DNA of 32,000 nucleotides from Candidatus Terraquivivens tikiterensis (GCA_003056285.1 NDWU01000013.1:7826-39825), one strand, 5' to 3'; positions 19,403 through 26,516 are shown, numbered from the stretch's first letter. Notes: generated by a model not told the origin, from the letters alone. Numbers and translations are program-made.

Positions 19403-21358
19403 ATGCCACACCACATAAGATTTGTTTTCCCGTTCACGGCGATAGTCGGTCAGGAAAAAATGAAGAAGGCTTTGCTATTAAACGCCATAAACCCGAGGAT
19501 AGGCGGAGTTTTAATACGTGGCCAGAAGGGGACGGGGAAATCCACGGCTGTAAGGGCTCTAGCCGACCTCCTCCCCGAAATAAAAGTTGTAGAGAATTGT
19601 CCATTCAACTGTAACCCAGACAATCCGCTTGAAATGTGTGATTCCTGCTATGAGAGGTACACTAGAGGAGAGGAGCTTAAATGGATTAAAAGGAAGGTTA
19701 AAATAGTGAATTTGCCGCTCAACGCAACTGTTGATAGAGTTGCGGGGACGCTAAACATCGAGAGGGCGTTAAAGGAAGGAATAAAAGCCCTGGACCCGGG
19801 GCTCCTAGCCGAGGCGAATAGGGGAATACTCTATATCGATGAGGTTAACCTGCTGGACGATTATGTGGCTGATATATTGCTTGATGTGGCTGCAAGCGGC
19901 GTAAACATTGTTGAAAGGGAAAACGTTTCGGTTGCCCACCCAAGCCGCTTCATCCTCATAGGCACAATGAACCCTGAAGAGGGGGAACTTAGACCGCAAC
20001 TACTAGATAGGTTCGGACTTCAAGTGGATGTCGACACAATAACCGACCCCGCCCAACAGGTTGAGATCGTAAAGAGGGTTGAGGAATTCGAATCAGACCT
20101 AGCAGGTTTCATGGCTAAATATGAGATGGAGCAAAAAAGTTTAAAACTTAGAATTGAGAAAGCCCAGAAGATCCTCCCCAACGTCCAAATAGCCGAGGGG
20201 CTCCTCTACGAAATTGCAAATGTTTGCTCAAAACTTGCTGTGAGCAACAGGGCTCCAATAGTTGTGGCTAGAACGGCCAAAACCCTTGCAGCCTTCTCAG
20301 AACGGGACAACGTTAACAAAGACGACGTTTTAGAGGCTATGGAGCTTGCGCTACCCCACAGAATGAGGAAAAAGCCCTTTGAAAGGCCATACCTACCACG
20401 CCAAAAACTGGAAGAATTGATCTCAAAAAACAATTGTGAAAACCACACAGTGAAAGATGAAGGCTCAAATTTTGAGAAAAGCAGTAAACCTTCAGGAGAG
20501 TTGTTGTTCGATGCAAGTTCTCCAACCCACATAAACCTTGAGGGCTGTAGAAGGTGGGACTCCCACGTCGGGAAAAGCGGGAGATCCGTTACCGCCAAAA
20601 TCATAGGTGGCGGAAGGGGAGCCTATGTTTACAGCGTAATCCCAAAAGGCAAAGCTTCCGACGTTGCCATCGATGCGACAATAAGAGCTGCAGCTGCTCG
20701 AGCCATAGGCTGCAAGGAAGCAACGCTGAAAATCAGCGATGAAGATATCCGTGAAAAAGTTAGGCGTATTAAAACCTCATCGTTAATAATTTTAGTTGTA
20801 GACGCAAGCGGCTCAATGGCTGCTCGAAAAAGAATGGAGGTCGCAAAAGGGGCTACGTTGGGGCTTTTAAATAACGCCTATACGCGCCGGGACAAAGTTG
20901 CCTTTATAGCGTTCCGAGGAGCCTCATCTGAACTTCTGCTTCCCCCAACGAGCAGTTTAGACCTTGCGCATGCGGCTTTAAAAGAACTGCCCACAGGAGG
21001 GAGAACCCCGCTCTCCCATGCACTGCTCACCACCTTAAACATGATCCAATCCGAAAAAATGAAAAATACAATCAGCCTCAAACCATCAATAGTGCTGATC
21101 ACGGATGGAAAAGCAAATGTTTCCCTGGGTGGAGAGATCAGACAAGAAATCGTGGAATTGTGCGGAAAACTAAAAGAAACAGGAGCCCAACTAACAGTCA
21201 TAGATGTCTCAGAAGATCCTTTCACCCCAAACTATATCGAAGACATCATAAAAGCCGCTAACGCAAAACACGTAAAAATAAGAAACCTTACAGACGATAA
21301 CCTTCAAAAAATAATAACAGCAAACATGCTTTCCAAAGACACACCTCTTCAATTTTAA
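19403..21358 (+). CDS. fused ChlI-ChlD type chelatase ATPase (AAA+ module plus C-terminal vWA/MIDAS domain)
   Basis: Walker A is GQKGTGKST and Walker B is [12 protein letters not shown]. The C-terminal vWA has MIDAS motif [12 protein letters not shown] 19403 is preferred over the track's TTG at 19370 because GGGGTG (SD-like) lies 6-7 nt upstream and it follows the cobN stop (19384-19386). Confidence 0.88.
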   Translation: MPHHIRFVFPFTAIVGQEKMKKALLLNAINPRIGGVLIRGQKGTGKSTAVRALADLLPEIKVVENCPFNCNPDNPLEMCDSCYERYTRGEELKWIKRKVKIVNLPLNATVDRVAGTLNIERALKEGIKALDPGLLAEANRGILYIDEVNLLDDYVADILLDVAASGVNIVERENVSVAHPSRFILIGTMNPEEGELRPQLLDRFGLQVDVDTITDPAQQVEIVKRVEEFESDLAGFMAKYEMEQKSLKLRIEKAQKILPNVQIAEGLLYEIANVCSKLAVSNRAPIVVARTAKTLAAFSERDNVNKDDVLEAMELALPHRMRKKPFERPYLPRQKLEELISKNNCENHTVKDEGSNFEKSSKPSGELLFDASSPTHINLEGCRRWDSHVGKSGRSVTAKIIGGGRGAYVYSVIPKGKASDVAIDATIRAAAARAIGCKEATLKISDEDIREKVRRIKTSSLIILVVDASGSMAARKRMEVAKGATLGLLNNAYTRRDKVAFIAFRGASSELLLPPTSSLDLAHAALKELPTGGRTPLSHALLTTLNMIQSEKMKNTISLKPSIVLITDGKANVSLGGEIRQEIVELCGKLKETGAQLTVIDVSEDPFTPNYIEDIIKAANAKHVKIRNLTDDNLQKIITANMLSKDTPLQF

Positions 21359-21368
21359 TGTATTTTGA

Positions 21369-21507
21369 ATTTTACTGGTAAATTATGCGTAAATTCACTC
21401 CCTGCACTCCAATTTTAGGTACGATTCGAGCTTATTTTAGCTAAAGAAACCCAATTTGGAATATTGTGGGTGGGGCTAAAATTTCAGCACAAATTTACCA
21501 GTAAAAT
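21369..21507. repeat. 139-bp element bounded by a perfect 16-nt inverted repeat
   Basis: ATTTTACTGGTAAATT (21369-21384) pairs with AATTTACCAGTAAAAT (21492-21507). An inner inverted repeat is AATTTTAG (21411-21418) with CTAAAATT (21476-21483). It begins 10 nt after the chelatase stop. Confidence 0.7.
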
Positions 21508-22174
21508 ATGTCGTCGCATGTGGTTGCTTTTAAGACTTTTGACGTAACGGCATATTTTAAAATGTTATGCGGCGATTAATAGCTGTTTGTGGAATCAAAA
21601 TTGGTTGAGCGAGTATATGTAGACTTTTTGATGATCAATGAACAGGCGAATTGGAACAGAATCAAATGCGTTTGTTGATATTGTTGATGCTGCTTTGCGC
21701 GGTAATTGTAAGTTCTGATGAGTTTGTTACACCACCATCAGAGGTTGTGTTTAAGATTATGTGGGGTAAGCATTTTCTAGTTCATGTGCAAAATCTCAAA
21801 AGAGATTAGAAAAATAAAAATACTAGTTATCATCAACACTAAAACACCTTAAACCCTACGCAGAATCAACCACAAACTCTTAGCAGAAGCCCTCATAGAC
21901 TACTACCTAGGACCCTCCCTCAGAGCCCCTCACCAAAATGCTGCTTTAGCCGCTGCATATAAAATACGTGATAAATTACAAGGACTAAACGTAATTATAA
22001 TGGTCACAGGTGAAAATACTGAATAAACAATGGTGTTGTTAAGTCTGAGTATTATTGGTGGAAGTCTGAGGAGAGGAATGCGCAATAAGGATTTGTTGAG
22101 GAATAGTGATCTTGAGGTTTGGAGAAGGTTTCATCGTAGATATTTGAGAGCGTTGTTTAAGAGTGGTGAGAGGG

Positions 22175-22591
22175 TCATCTTTTATACACTATTACTTCTA
22201 ATCCTCTTATTCTGTTGAAATCTTTAATGTTTCCTGTAGCTACAGCGTAATTATTTTCTCTTGCTATGATTCCTATTAGTAGGTCTCTTACATCTATTAT
22301 TAGTCCTAAGGATGCAAGATACGCCATTTCTTCACCAGCTTTAATTGCTTCTTTAAAAGTTAAAGCCAATACTACTATTGCTGCACTTAACTCTTCCACA
22401 TCTCTAAGTCTTCTTATTTTATAAGCTCCCCATGAAAGTTCAAAAATATTTATAACTGTTGTTCCTACGTCAATCCCAGATTCTACAAAACTTTTTATAA
22501 ACTTTATAGCACTTTCTCTACCTCTAAGGAAATCTATTAAGATATCAGTGTCTAAAATTACTCTTTTGCTGGTAATTTCCATTCTTTCCAA
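22175..22591 (-). CDS. vapC: PIN-domain ribonuclease toxin VapC
   Basis: 138 aa. The N-terminal VILDTDILIDFL carries the acidic residue, with further conserved D/E positions, and it lies downstream of an antitoxin ORF. The start is uncertain (22591 or 22582). Confidence 0.85.
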   Translation of the reverse strand: MERMEITSKRVILDTDILIDFLRGRESAIKFIKSFVESGIDVGTTVINIFELSWGAYKIRRLRDVEELSAAIVVLALTFKEAIKAGEEMAYLASLGLIIDVRDLLIGIIARENNYAVATGNIKDFNRIRGLEVIVYKR

Positions 22592-22785
22592 GCTCTCCTG
22601 ATTTCTTTTAAGAAATCCTCAATTTCTGTATCATTTATGTCATGCCAGATACCAGCTAGATCCATCAAACCACGATGCTTTTTTACAAGCCTAAGTATTA
22701 CATCGGAAAAACTTTCGCCAGGTCTTTTAATTCGCAGAAGAGCCTCATATGCTTCAAGAGAGACGGTAATAGTTTTAACACCCAA
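22558..22785 (-). CDS. vapB: VapB-type antitoxin (small DNA-binding domain of the TITVSxExYExL...ESFSDVI type)
   Basis: 75 aa: MGVKTITVSLEAYEALLRIKRPGESFSDVILRLV. It overlaps the vapC 5' end. Confidence 0.75.
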   Translation of the reverse strand: MGVKTITVSLEAYEALLRIKRPGESFSDVILRLVKKHRGLMDLAGIWHDINDTEIEDFLKEIRRAWKEWKLPAKE

Positions 22786-22834
22786 ACTATTTTCACTAAA
22801 ATATTAAAACATATAAACACACTTATAAATATTT

Positions 22835-22847
22835 CACTTTTAAAGTG
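22835..22847. promoter_or_regulatory. perfect palindrome CACTTTTAAAGTG upstream of vapB (candidate operator)
   Basis: 13-nt palindrome about 50 nt upstream of the vapB ATG, inside an AT-rich region with TATA-like strings. Confidence 0.3.
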
Positions 22848-22984
22848 TATTGTCAAAGAAATAGCCCTGCCCCTGAAGGGTGAAGCTTTCAGTTGTAATA
22901 CATTACTTCTCAGACATCATTATTCATGCTTAAAAGAAGAAACTTTTACTACATCTGTAAAGTTATTGACTGAATGGGCCTCTT

Positions 22985-23220
22985 TTAGGAGAGGTTCTCA
23001 TTAATCCTGTTATTATGTTAACAATTTTCAATGCTTGTTTAGCTTCATCTTCGCTAATATTTTCATCAACATAATCGGACTTTTCCTAATTCATAGAGTA
23101 TTCTAAACAAACTAGCTTCATTCTTAAAACCTAAGATTTTCTATAACATCTGCTAACTTATCGTCACGCTTGCTGCAAAGTATGCTGCTGATGCGCATTT
23201 GTTATAAAATTTAAACCTGG
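22985..23220 (-). pseudogene. possible HEPN-domain gene remnant with frameshifts and stops
   Basis: Minus-strand fragments ...ILYELGKVR... and ...SDYVDENISEDEAKQALKIVNIITGLM... lie in different frames and are interrupted by stops. They resemble the C-terminal part of HEPN proteins. Weak call. Confidence 0.3.
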
Positions 23221-23331
23221 TAATCCTTGCAACATAAGAGGTGATGGTGGTGTAACAAACCTGGAGTACAGCTTTACGTGCCCTGCATCCATAGTAAGCT
23301 AATAAATAAGCAATCATTAAGGGTTACATAA

Positions 23332-23405
23332 GGGCCGGTAGCTCAGCCTGGAGGAGCGCTCGGTTTGCACCCGAGAGGTCCGGGGTTCGAATCCCCGCCG
23401 GTCCA
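23332..23405 (+). tRNA. tRNA-Ala (anticodon UGC), no encoded CCA
   Basis: Hand-folded 74-nt cloverleaf. Acceptor GGGCCGG/CCGGTCC with the G3:U70 alanine identity pair. D stem GCTC/GAGC. Anticodon stem CTCGG/CCGAG with loop TTTGCAC. T arm CGGGG-TTCGAAT-CCCCG. Discriminator A. A TATA-like TAATAAATAAG lies about 25 nt upstream. Confidence 0.95.
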
Positions 23406-23424
23406 TCGATTTCTATCAGGACCG

Positions 23425-23470
23425 CCCAGAAAACCACGCCCTTTAAGGGTGGGCGAGCGTGCAAAACCCA
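23425..23470 (+). repeat. third copy of the hairpin motif found at the left ends of the mini-elements at 26814 and 30673
   Basis: AACCACGCCCTTTAAGGGTGGGCGAGCGTGCAAAAC resembles ATCCCGCGCCCTTTATTGGTGGGATGGGAGCGGGCAAAG (26826-26864) and ATCCCACACCATTCATGGGTGGAATAAAAGCGAACAAAG (30688-30725). Confidence 0.45.
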
Positions 23471-23614
23471 AAGGACGATGAATGTTTTAACGTAGTGCTG
23501 GCTAACCTGTTTTTCAAGATGAACATAAAACAGCTATAGCGATAAATAGAAATGTGCATAACTTAGCCGTGGCAGCTCACGCGAACATTGCATGCAATTT
23601 GGGGTGTACTCGCC

Positions 23615-24184
23615 ATGGAGAAAAGAAACTTTGTAGAGCCCTTGCGGATGGGCAGGGTTGGCAGGACGCTTGTACTGTTGAATGTCCTACTCGTGGCATC
23701 TTTTTTCCTGACGTCATTATACTATTGTTCATTGCTTCCGGAAGAGGTCCCGATCCATTGGAACCTTAGGGGCGAGATCGATGCGTACGGTGCTAAAACG
23801 ACAGTATTTGTGCTTGCCGCCGTGCTATCCATTGCCAACATTCTGATAATATTGATTACGACCTTCAGGTTTAAGATAATCAACAGGTATCCGTATCTAA
23901 TAAGCATGCCAGCCATAGCGTTATTGATCGGCAGCGATAGGTTGAGTCCGAAGGAAAAGGGCAGGTACGTGAACAGGGTATTCGAGGTCTTTTTGGCAAC
24001 TGGGTGCATTGCTGGAGCGTACCTTCTGGGTTTGCAGTACGTCATCTTCGATGCTACCGTCAGTTTCAGTCCCTTACCTCATTGGTTCGTATGGTACGTG
24101 TTCGGCGGCATACCTTTTTTACTCGCACCGGGACTCTTGTTATGTAGGAAAATCTATAGAGACCTGAGAACCGTTGTCGGATAG
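23615..24184 (+). CDS. DUF1648-like membrane protein
   Basis: LPEEVPIHWNLRGEIDAYGAK after the first TM helix is the typical DUF1648 signature, followed by 3-4 more TM helices. The ATG at 23615 is preferred over the TTG at 23588. Confidence 0.65.
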   Translation: MEKRNFVEPLRMGRVGRTLVLLNVLLVASFFLTSLYYCSLLPEEVPIHWNLRGEIDAYGAKTTVFVLAAVLSIANILIILITTFRFKIINRYPYLISMPAIALLIGSDRLSPKEKGRYVNRVFEVFLATGCIAGAYLLGLQYVIFDATVSFSPLPHWFVWYVFGGIPFLLAPGLLLCRKIYRDLRTVVG

Positions 24185-24424
24185 TTAACATTCTCTGCCC
24201 TAAAAGGCTTCATGGATTGCTTTCGGGTAGCGGAAACTCCCCACATCCTTGGCTCTTCCTCAATTGCCCATTCGGTGCTTTTAGCTTTCCGCCATATATC
24301 GGGCACTCATTTGCCCGAGCCTTCCTCGCCTGTCTTTGGTCTGGAGCCTTATTCGGGCTTTGGACGTCCAGACGCATCCAAAAAGAACCGTTCGAGAAAA
24401 GTTAACTATTTAGAAACTGCTGAC
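24181..24424 (+). ncRNA. R3: structured non-coding element related to R1/R2; function unknown
   Basis: It lies in a 358-nt spacer without a credible ORF. A perfect 9-bp long-range helix pairs ATAGTTAAC (24181-24189) with GTTAACTAT (24401-24409), extended by TTCTC/GAGAA. An inner helix pairs TGGATTGC (24213-24220) with GCATCCA (24373-24379). There is a hairpin CGGGCA-CTCATT-TGCCCG. It shares the blocks CATGGAT, GGAAAnCCCCnCATCC, TTTGGACGTC and GAAACTGCTGAC with R2. Confidence 0.4.
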
Positions 24425-24542
24425 GAACCCTCGGTATGTAGCGGTAATGGACGCTTATAAGGTGCCTTATATAGTTTGAGGATAGAAGGTTGATTAGATC
24501 GGGTCAGCCCATTTCTATAAAACGTGAACGGTGAAAGGCTAA

Positions 24543-25382
24543 GTGTCGTTTGAGATCCAAGAGCTACCCGACGTCATAAAAGTGTTTATCTTGCTTAACT
24601 TGAGAAAAAGGACGAATACGCATAAGGCCCTCCTCAAAAAGAAGATCGACAAGGTTTGCGCCAATAGTATCTGCGTCGAGATGAGCGACTTGGATGAGGC
24701 CATAAGGGAGATGGTCTCCGAAGGCCTAATAATCGAGGAGGGCGATTATATCCGGCTAACGCCTCAAGGCCAGGTTTTGAGCAAAGAGTGGAAGAACCTT
24801 CTGCTGAAGAGAGAACCGATACTCGAGGTCGTGGCTGGCTTAGTCGACGGTTCCATAACGGGACTCGTCGTGGTCCTTTCCGTCTTCATATCCGGCCTAG
24901 TCGCAAAGGCCGTTACGTTCGCCGCTCTTTTGACGTTGGTGGCCGTGGCCATAACGAACTTTTCCAGCTTTCTTCTAGGTGGAATAACGGAGGATTTAGC
25001 TGACATAAAGTCTCTCCAGGCCTTGATAAGATTCAGCCTGAGCGACATTCCCGACAAGGACGAACGTAACAAATCCCTCATGCTAGTTAAAAGGCTGTTC
25101 ACGCTACTTCATAAGGAAGTAAGGCGGACTAATTTGTACGCTGCCCTTGTATGCGGTCTAACGACTTTTCTGGCAGGTAGCATACCCATAATCGCATACA
25201 TCGCCCTGCCAAGGCCGATAAACCTACTCGTAGCGCTTGGAATCGTCGGCGTAGTGAACGCATACCTCGTTAAGTACCGATCCAAGAAATCCCGGACGGG
25301 CTGGAGGAAAATACTGCTGGAAACACTGCTCATAGTCGCGGTCGCTACCATAGCCTCGTTGCTCCTCGGCAACGTAGCTTAG
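24543..25382 (+). CDS. VIT1/CCC1-family membrane protein with an N-terminal winged-helix-like domain
   Basis: GTG start with GGTGA 10 nt upstream. N-terminal residues 1-80 are soluble and wHTH-like (...EAIREMVSEGLIIEEGDYIRLTPQG). Then comes EVVAGLVDGSITGLVVV (VIT1-type DG motif) and about 5 TM segments. Confidence 0.6.
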   Translation: MSFEIQELPDVIKVFILLNLRKRTNTHKALLKKKIDKVCANSICVEMSDLDEAIREMVSEGLIIEEGDYIRLTPQGQVLSKEWKNLLLKREPILEVVAGLVDGSITGLVVVLSVFISGLVAKAVTFAALLTLVAVAITNFSSFLLGGITEDLADIKSLQALIRFSLSDIPDKDERNKSLMLVKRLFTLLHKEVRRTNLYAALVCGLTTFLAGSIPIIAYIALPRPINLLVALGIVGVVNAYLVKYRSKKSRTGWRKILLETLLIVAVATIASLLLGNVA

Positions 25383-25433
25383 TCCAGTTTGTTCACCTAT
25401 AATCCGAGCGTCTTTCTTCAAGCCATCCTAAAC

Positions 25434-26150
25434 CTACTCTTCGAACCTTATTTCCCTAGTGATAACTTCCTTGGCGTGCTTTATAACGACCTCAGGTGGC
25501 TTTCTGCCCAAAAACTTGGCCACCTCATCCCTCAGGAGCTCGACGGGCTTCGAGGCCAGCGAATCGAACACGCCCTTCACGGAGCCGTAGGTCTTGAGAA
25601 GAGCCTTGGCAAGGCTCGGCCCGACCCTAGGGAGCCCCTCCACGACGTAGATGGCCTGCTGCTCCGGCGTCATGGAGGCAGAGCTTACCCTGAGCCTTAT
25701 GTCCCTGGGCTCCGGTTTCTCAGAAAGGCTCTTGTATTTGGTTATTATGTAAGCTCCCGTCCCCCTCCAGTCGGGTGTGTGGACGACTGCTACCTCGTAG
25801 CTCCTTTGAATGCTCTCCACCGCCCTGTAGACGCTGGCCTCGTTCCATCCTGTCATCCTCCTTATAGCGCCCAGCCACCCCTCGATCACCAGGATCTTCT
25901 CGAAGGAATCCACCTCAGAGAACCTATCCAGCTGGGACCATATCCTACCGCGGCCCGATTCGTCGGGCTTCAGGGAATTCAGAAGGTCGGTCACGGTCTT
26001 CCTCTCTATCACGGCCATCCCCTCAGCGCCGTCGAGGAGGTAATCGCCCACCTCCAAGTTCTTCGTGCCGACCTGCTGGTCCAGAACGCTCGTCAGCATC
26101 TCCAGTATTTTCTTGCTCTTGGATGCCTCCTTGGTGTCTACGAAGATCAT
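25434..26150 (-). CDS. xpf: XPF/ERCC4-family structure-specific endonuclease, crenarchaeal short form (nuclease plus HhH2)
   Basis: ERCC4 motif VGDYLL...VIERKTVTDLLNS and C-terminal (HhH)2 EGLPRVGPSLAKALLKTYGSV. 238 aa, as in the Sulfolobus/Aeropyrum short XPF. Confidence 0.88.
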   Translation of the reverse strand: MIFVDTKEASKSKKILEMLTSVLDQQVGTKNLEVGDYLLDGAEGMAVIERKTVTDLLNSLKPDESGRGRIWSQLDRFSEVDSFEKILVIEGWLGAIRRMTGWNEASVYRAVESIQRSYEVAVVHTPDWRGTGAYIITKYKSLSEKPEPRDIRLRVSSASMTPEQQAIYVVEGLPRVGPSLAKALLKTYGSVKGVFDSLASKPVELLRDEVAKFLGRKPPEVVIKHAKEVITREIRFEE

Positions 26151-26166
26151 ACGAGCCTACCATCAC

Positions 26167-26452
26167 GCCGTTAGAATTAAACGTTTAACCACAGTAGATG
26201 ATGGGGTTCTGGGCCAAGCATGGATACGTATCACGCTCTAGCCCTTGGGCCTCATCGCCTTCCTCCGGTCCATCGGAGGCATTTCATAGGGCTTGGCTCC
26301 CCTTCGGGTCAAACCCGCCGTACGTTCTCTCCCAGGCCCTCTCGAGCCAGGATCATACGCATGGGGAAAGCCCCGCATCCTAAGGTGCCTCTCCCTTGGG
26401 TATTTATCGTACTACCTTTCGGACGTCAAATTTGAAACTGCTGACAACGGCG
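26167..26452 (+). ncRNA. R2: GC-rich structured non-coding element, paralog of R1 and related to R3; function unknown
   Basis: A terminal 7-bp helix pairs CGCCGTT (26167-26173) with AACGGCG (26446-26452). Hairpins are CCTCCG-GTCCAT-CGGAGG (26262-26279), CCCC-TTCG-GGG, CCGTACGT...ACGCATGG and GGGG-AAAG-CCCC. A TATA-like ATTAAACGTTTAAC lies about 20-30 nt upstream of the GC-rich part. Confidence 0.45.
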
Positions 26453-26503
26453 CTTTATCCACGTGAGCGGAAACCCGCGTTCTCCGCGGTGAACGCTGCG
26501 AAG

Positions 26504-26516
26504 AAAGCTTATATTC
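26504..26516 (+). promoter_or_regulatory. BRE/TATA-like AAAGCTTATATTC upstream of the SRP-like RNA
   Basis: Its centre lies about 27 nt upstream of the point where GC-rich sequence begins (about 26539). Confidence 0.4.

Noticed and set aside
22030-22218. 62-aa plus-strand ORF
   Set aside because: It sits in AT-rich debris, overlaps the vapC 3' end on the opposite strand, has a low-complexity sequence and has no promoter-like context.
23332-23405. tRNA-Ala as an integration target with a duplicated att half-site at the far side of the island
   Set aside because: I looked by eye for copies of the tRNA 5' or 3' halves around 14950-15140 and 21360-21520 and found none. No integrase gene or fragment was recognised either. 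The island call therefore rests on composition and content only.
25389-26174. 261-aa plus-strand ORF
   Set aside because: It lies exactly antisense to the well-supported xpf gene (ERCC4 and HhH2 motifs on the minus strand). The composition is Pro/Leu/Arg/Gly-rich with no motif, which is typical of a shadow ORF in GC-rich coding DNA. The same reasoning applies to other track ORFs antisense to gatE, gatD, herA, nurA, cobN, atpD (28393-29040, 28917-29459) and the aminotransferase.
26262-26385. R1/R2 core as bona fide RNase P RNA
   Set aside because: GGGGAAAGCCCC and AGGGCUU resemble CR-I and the P4 3' strand, and they can pair. However, their order is reversed relative to RNase P, ACAGAA/GGCUUA consensus strings are absent, and there are at least two to three copies. 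It is kept only as a low-probability permuted-gene idea under the R3 finding.
26190-26445. R2 as a giant box C/D sRNA (AGATGATGG near 26196-26204 as C box, CTGA within GAAACTGCTGAC at 26441-26444 as D box)
   Set aside because: Archaeal C/D sRNAs are about 50-70 nt, whereas this spans about 250 nt. The C-box-like string is imperfect and is not conserved in R1 or R3. No C'/D' boxes were recognised. It remains only a remote possibility.
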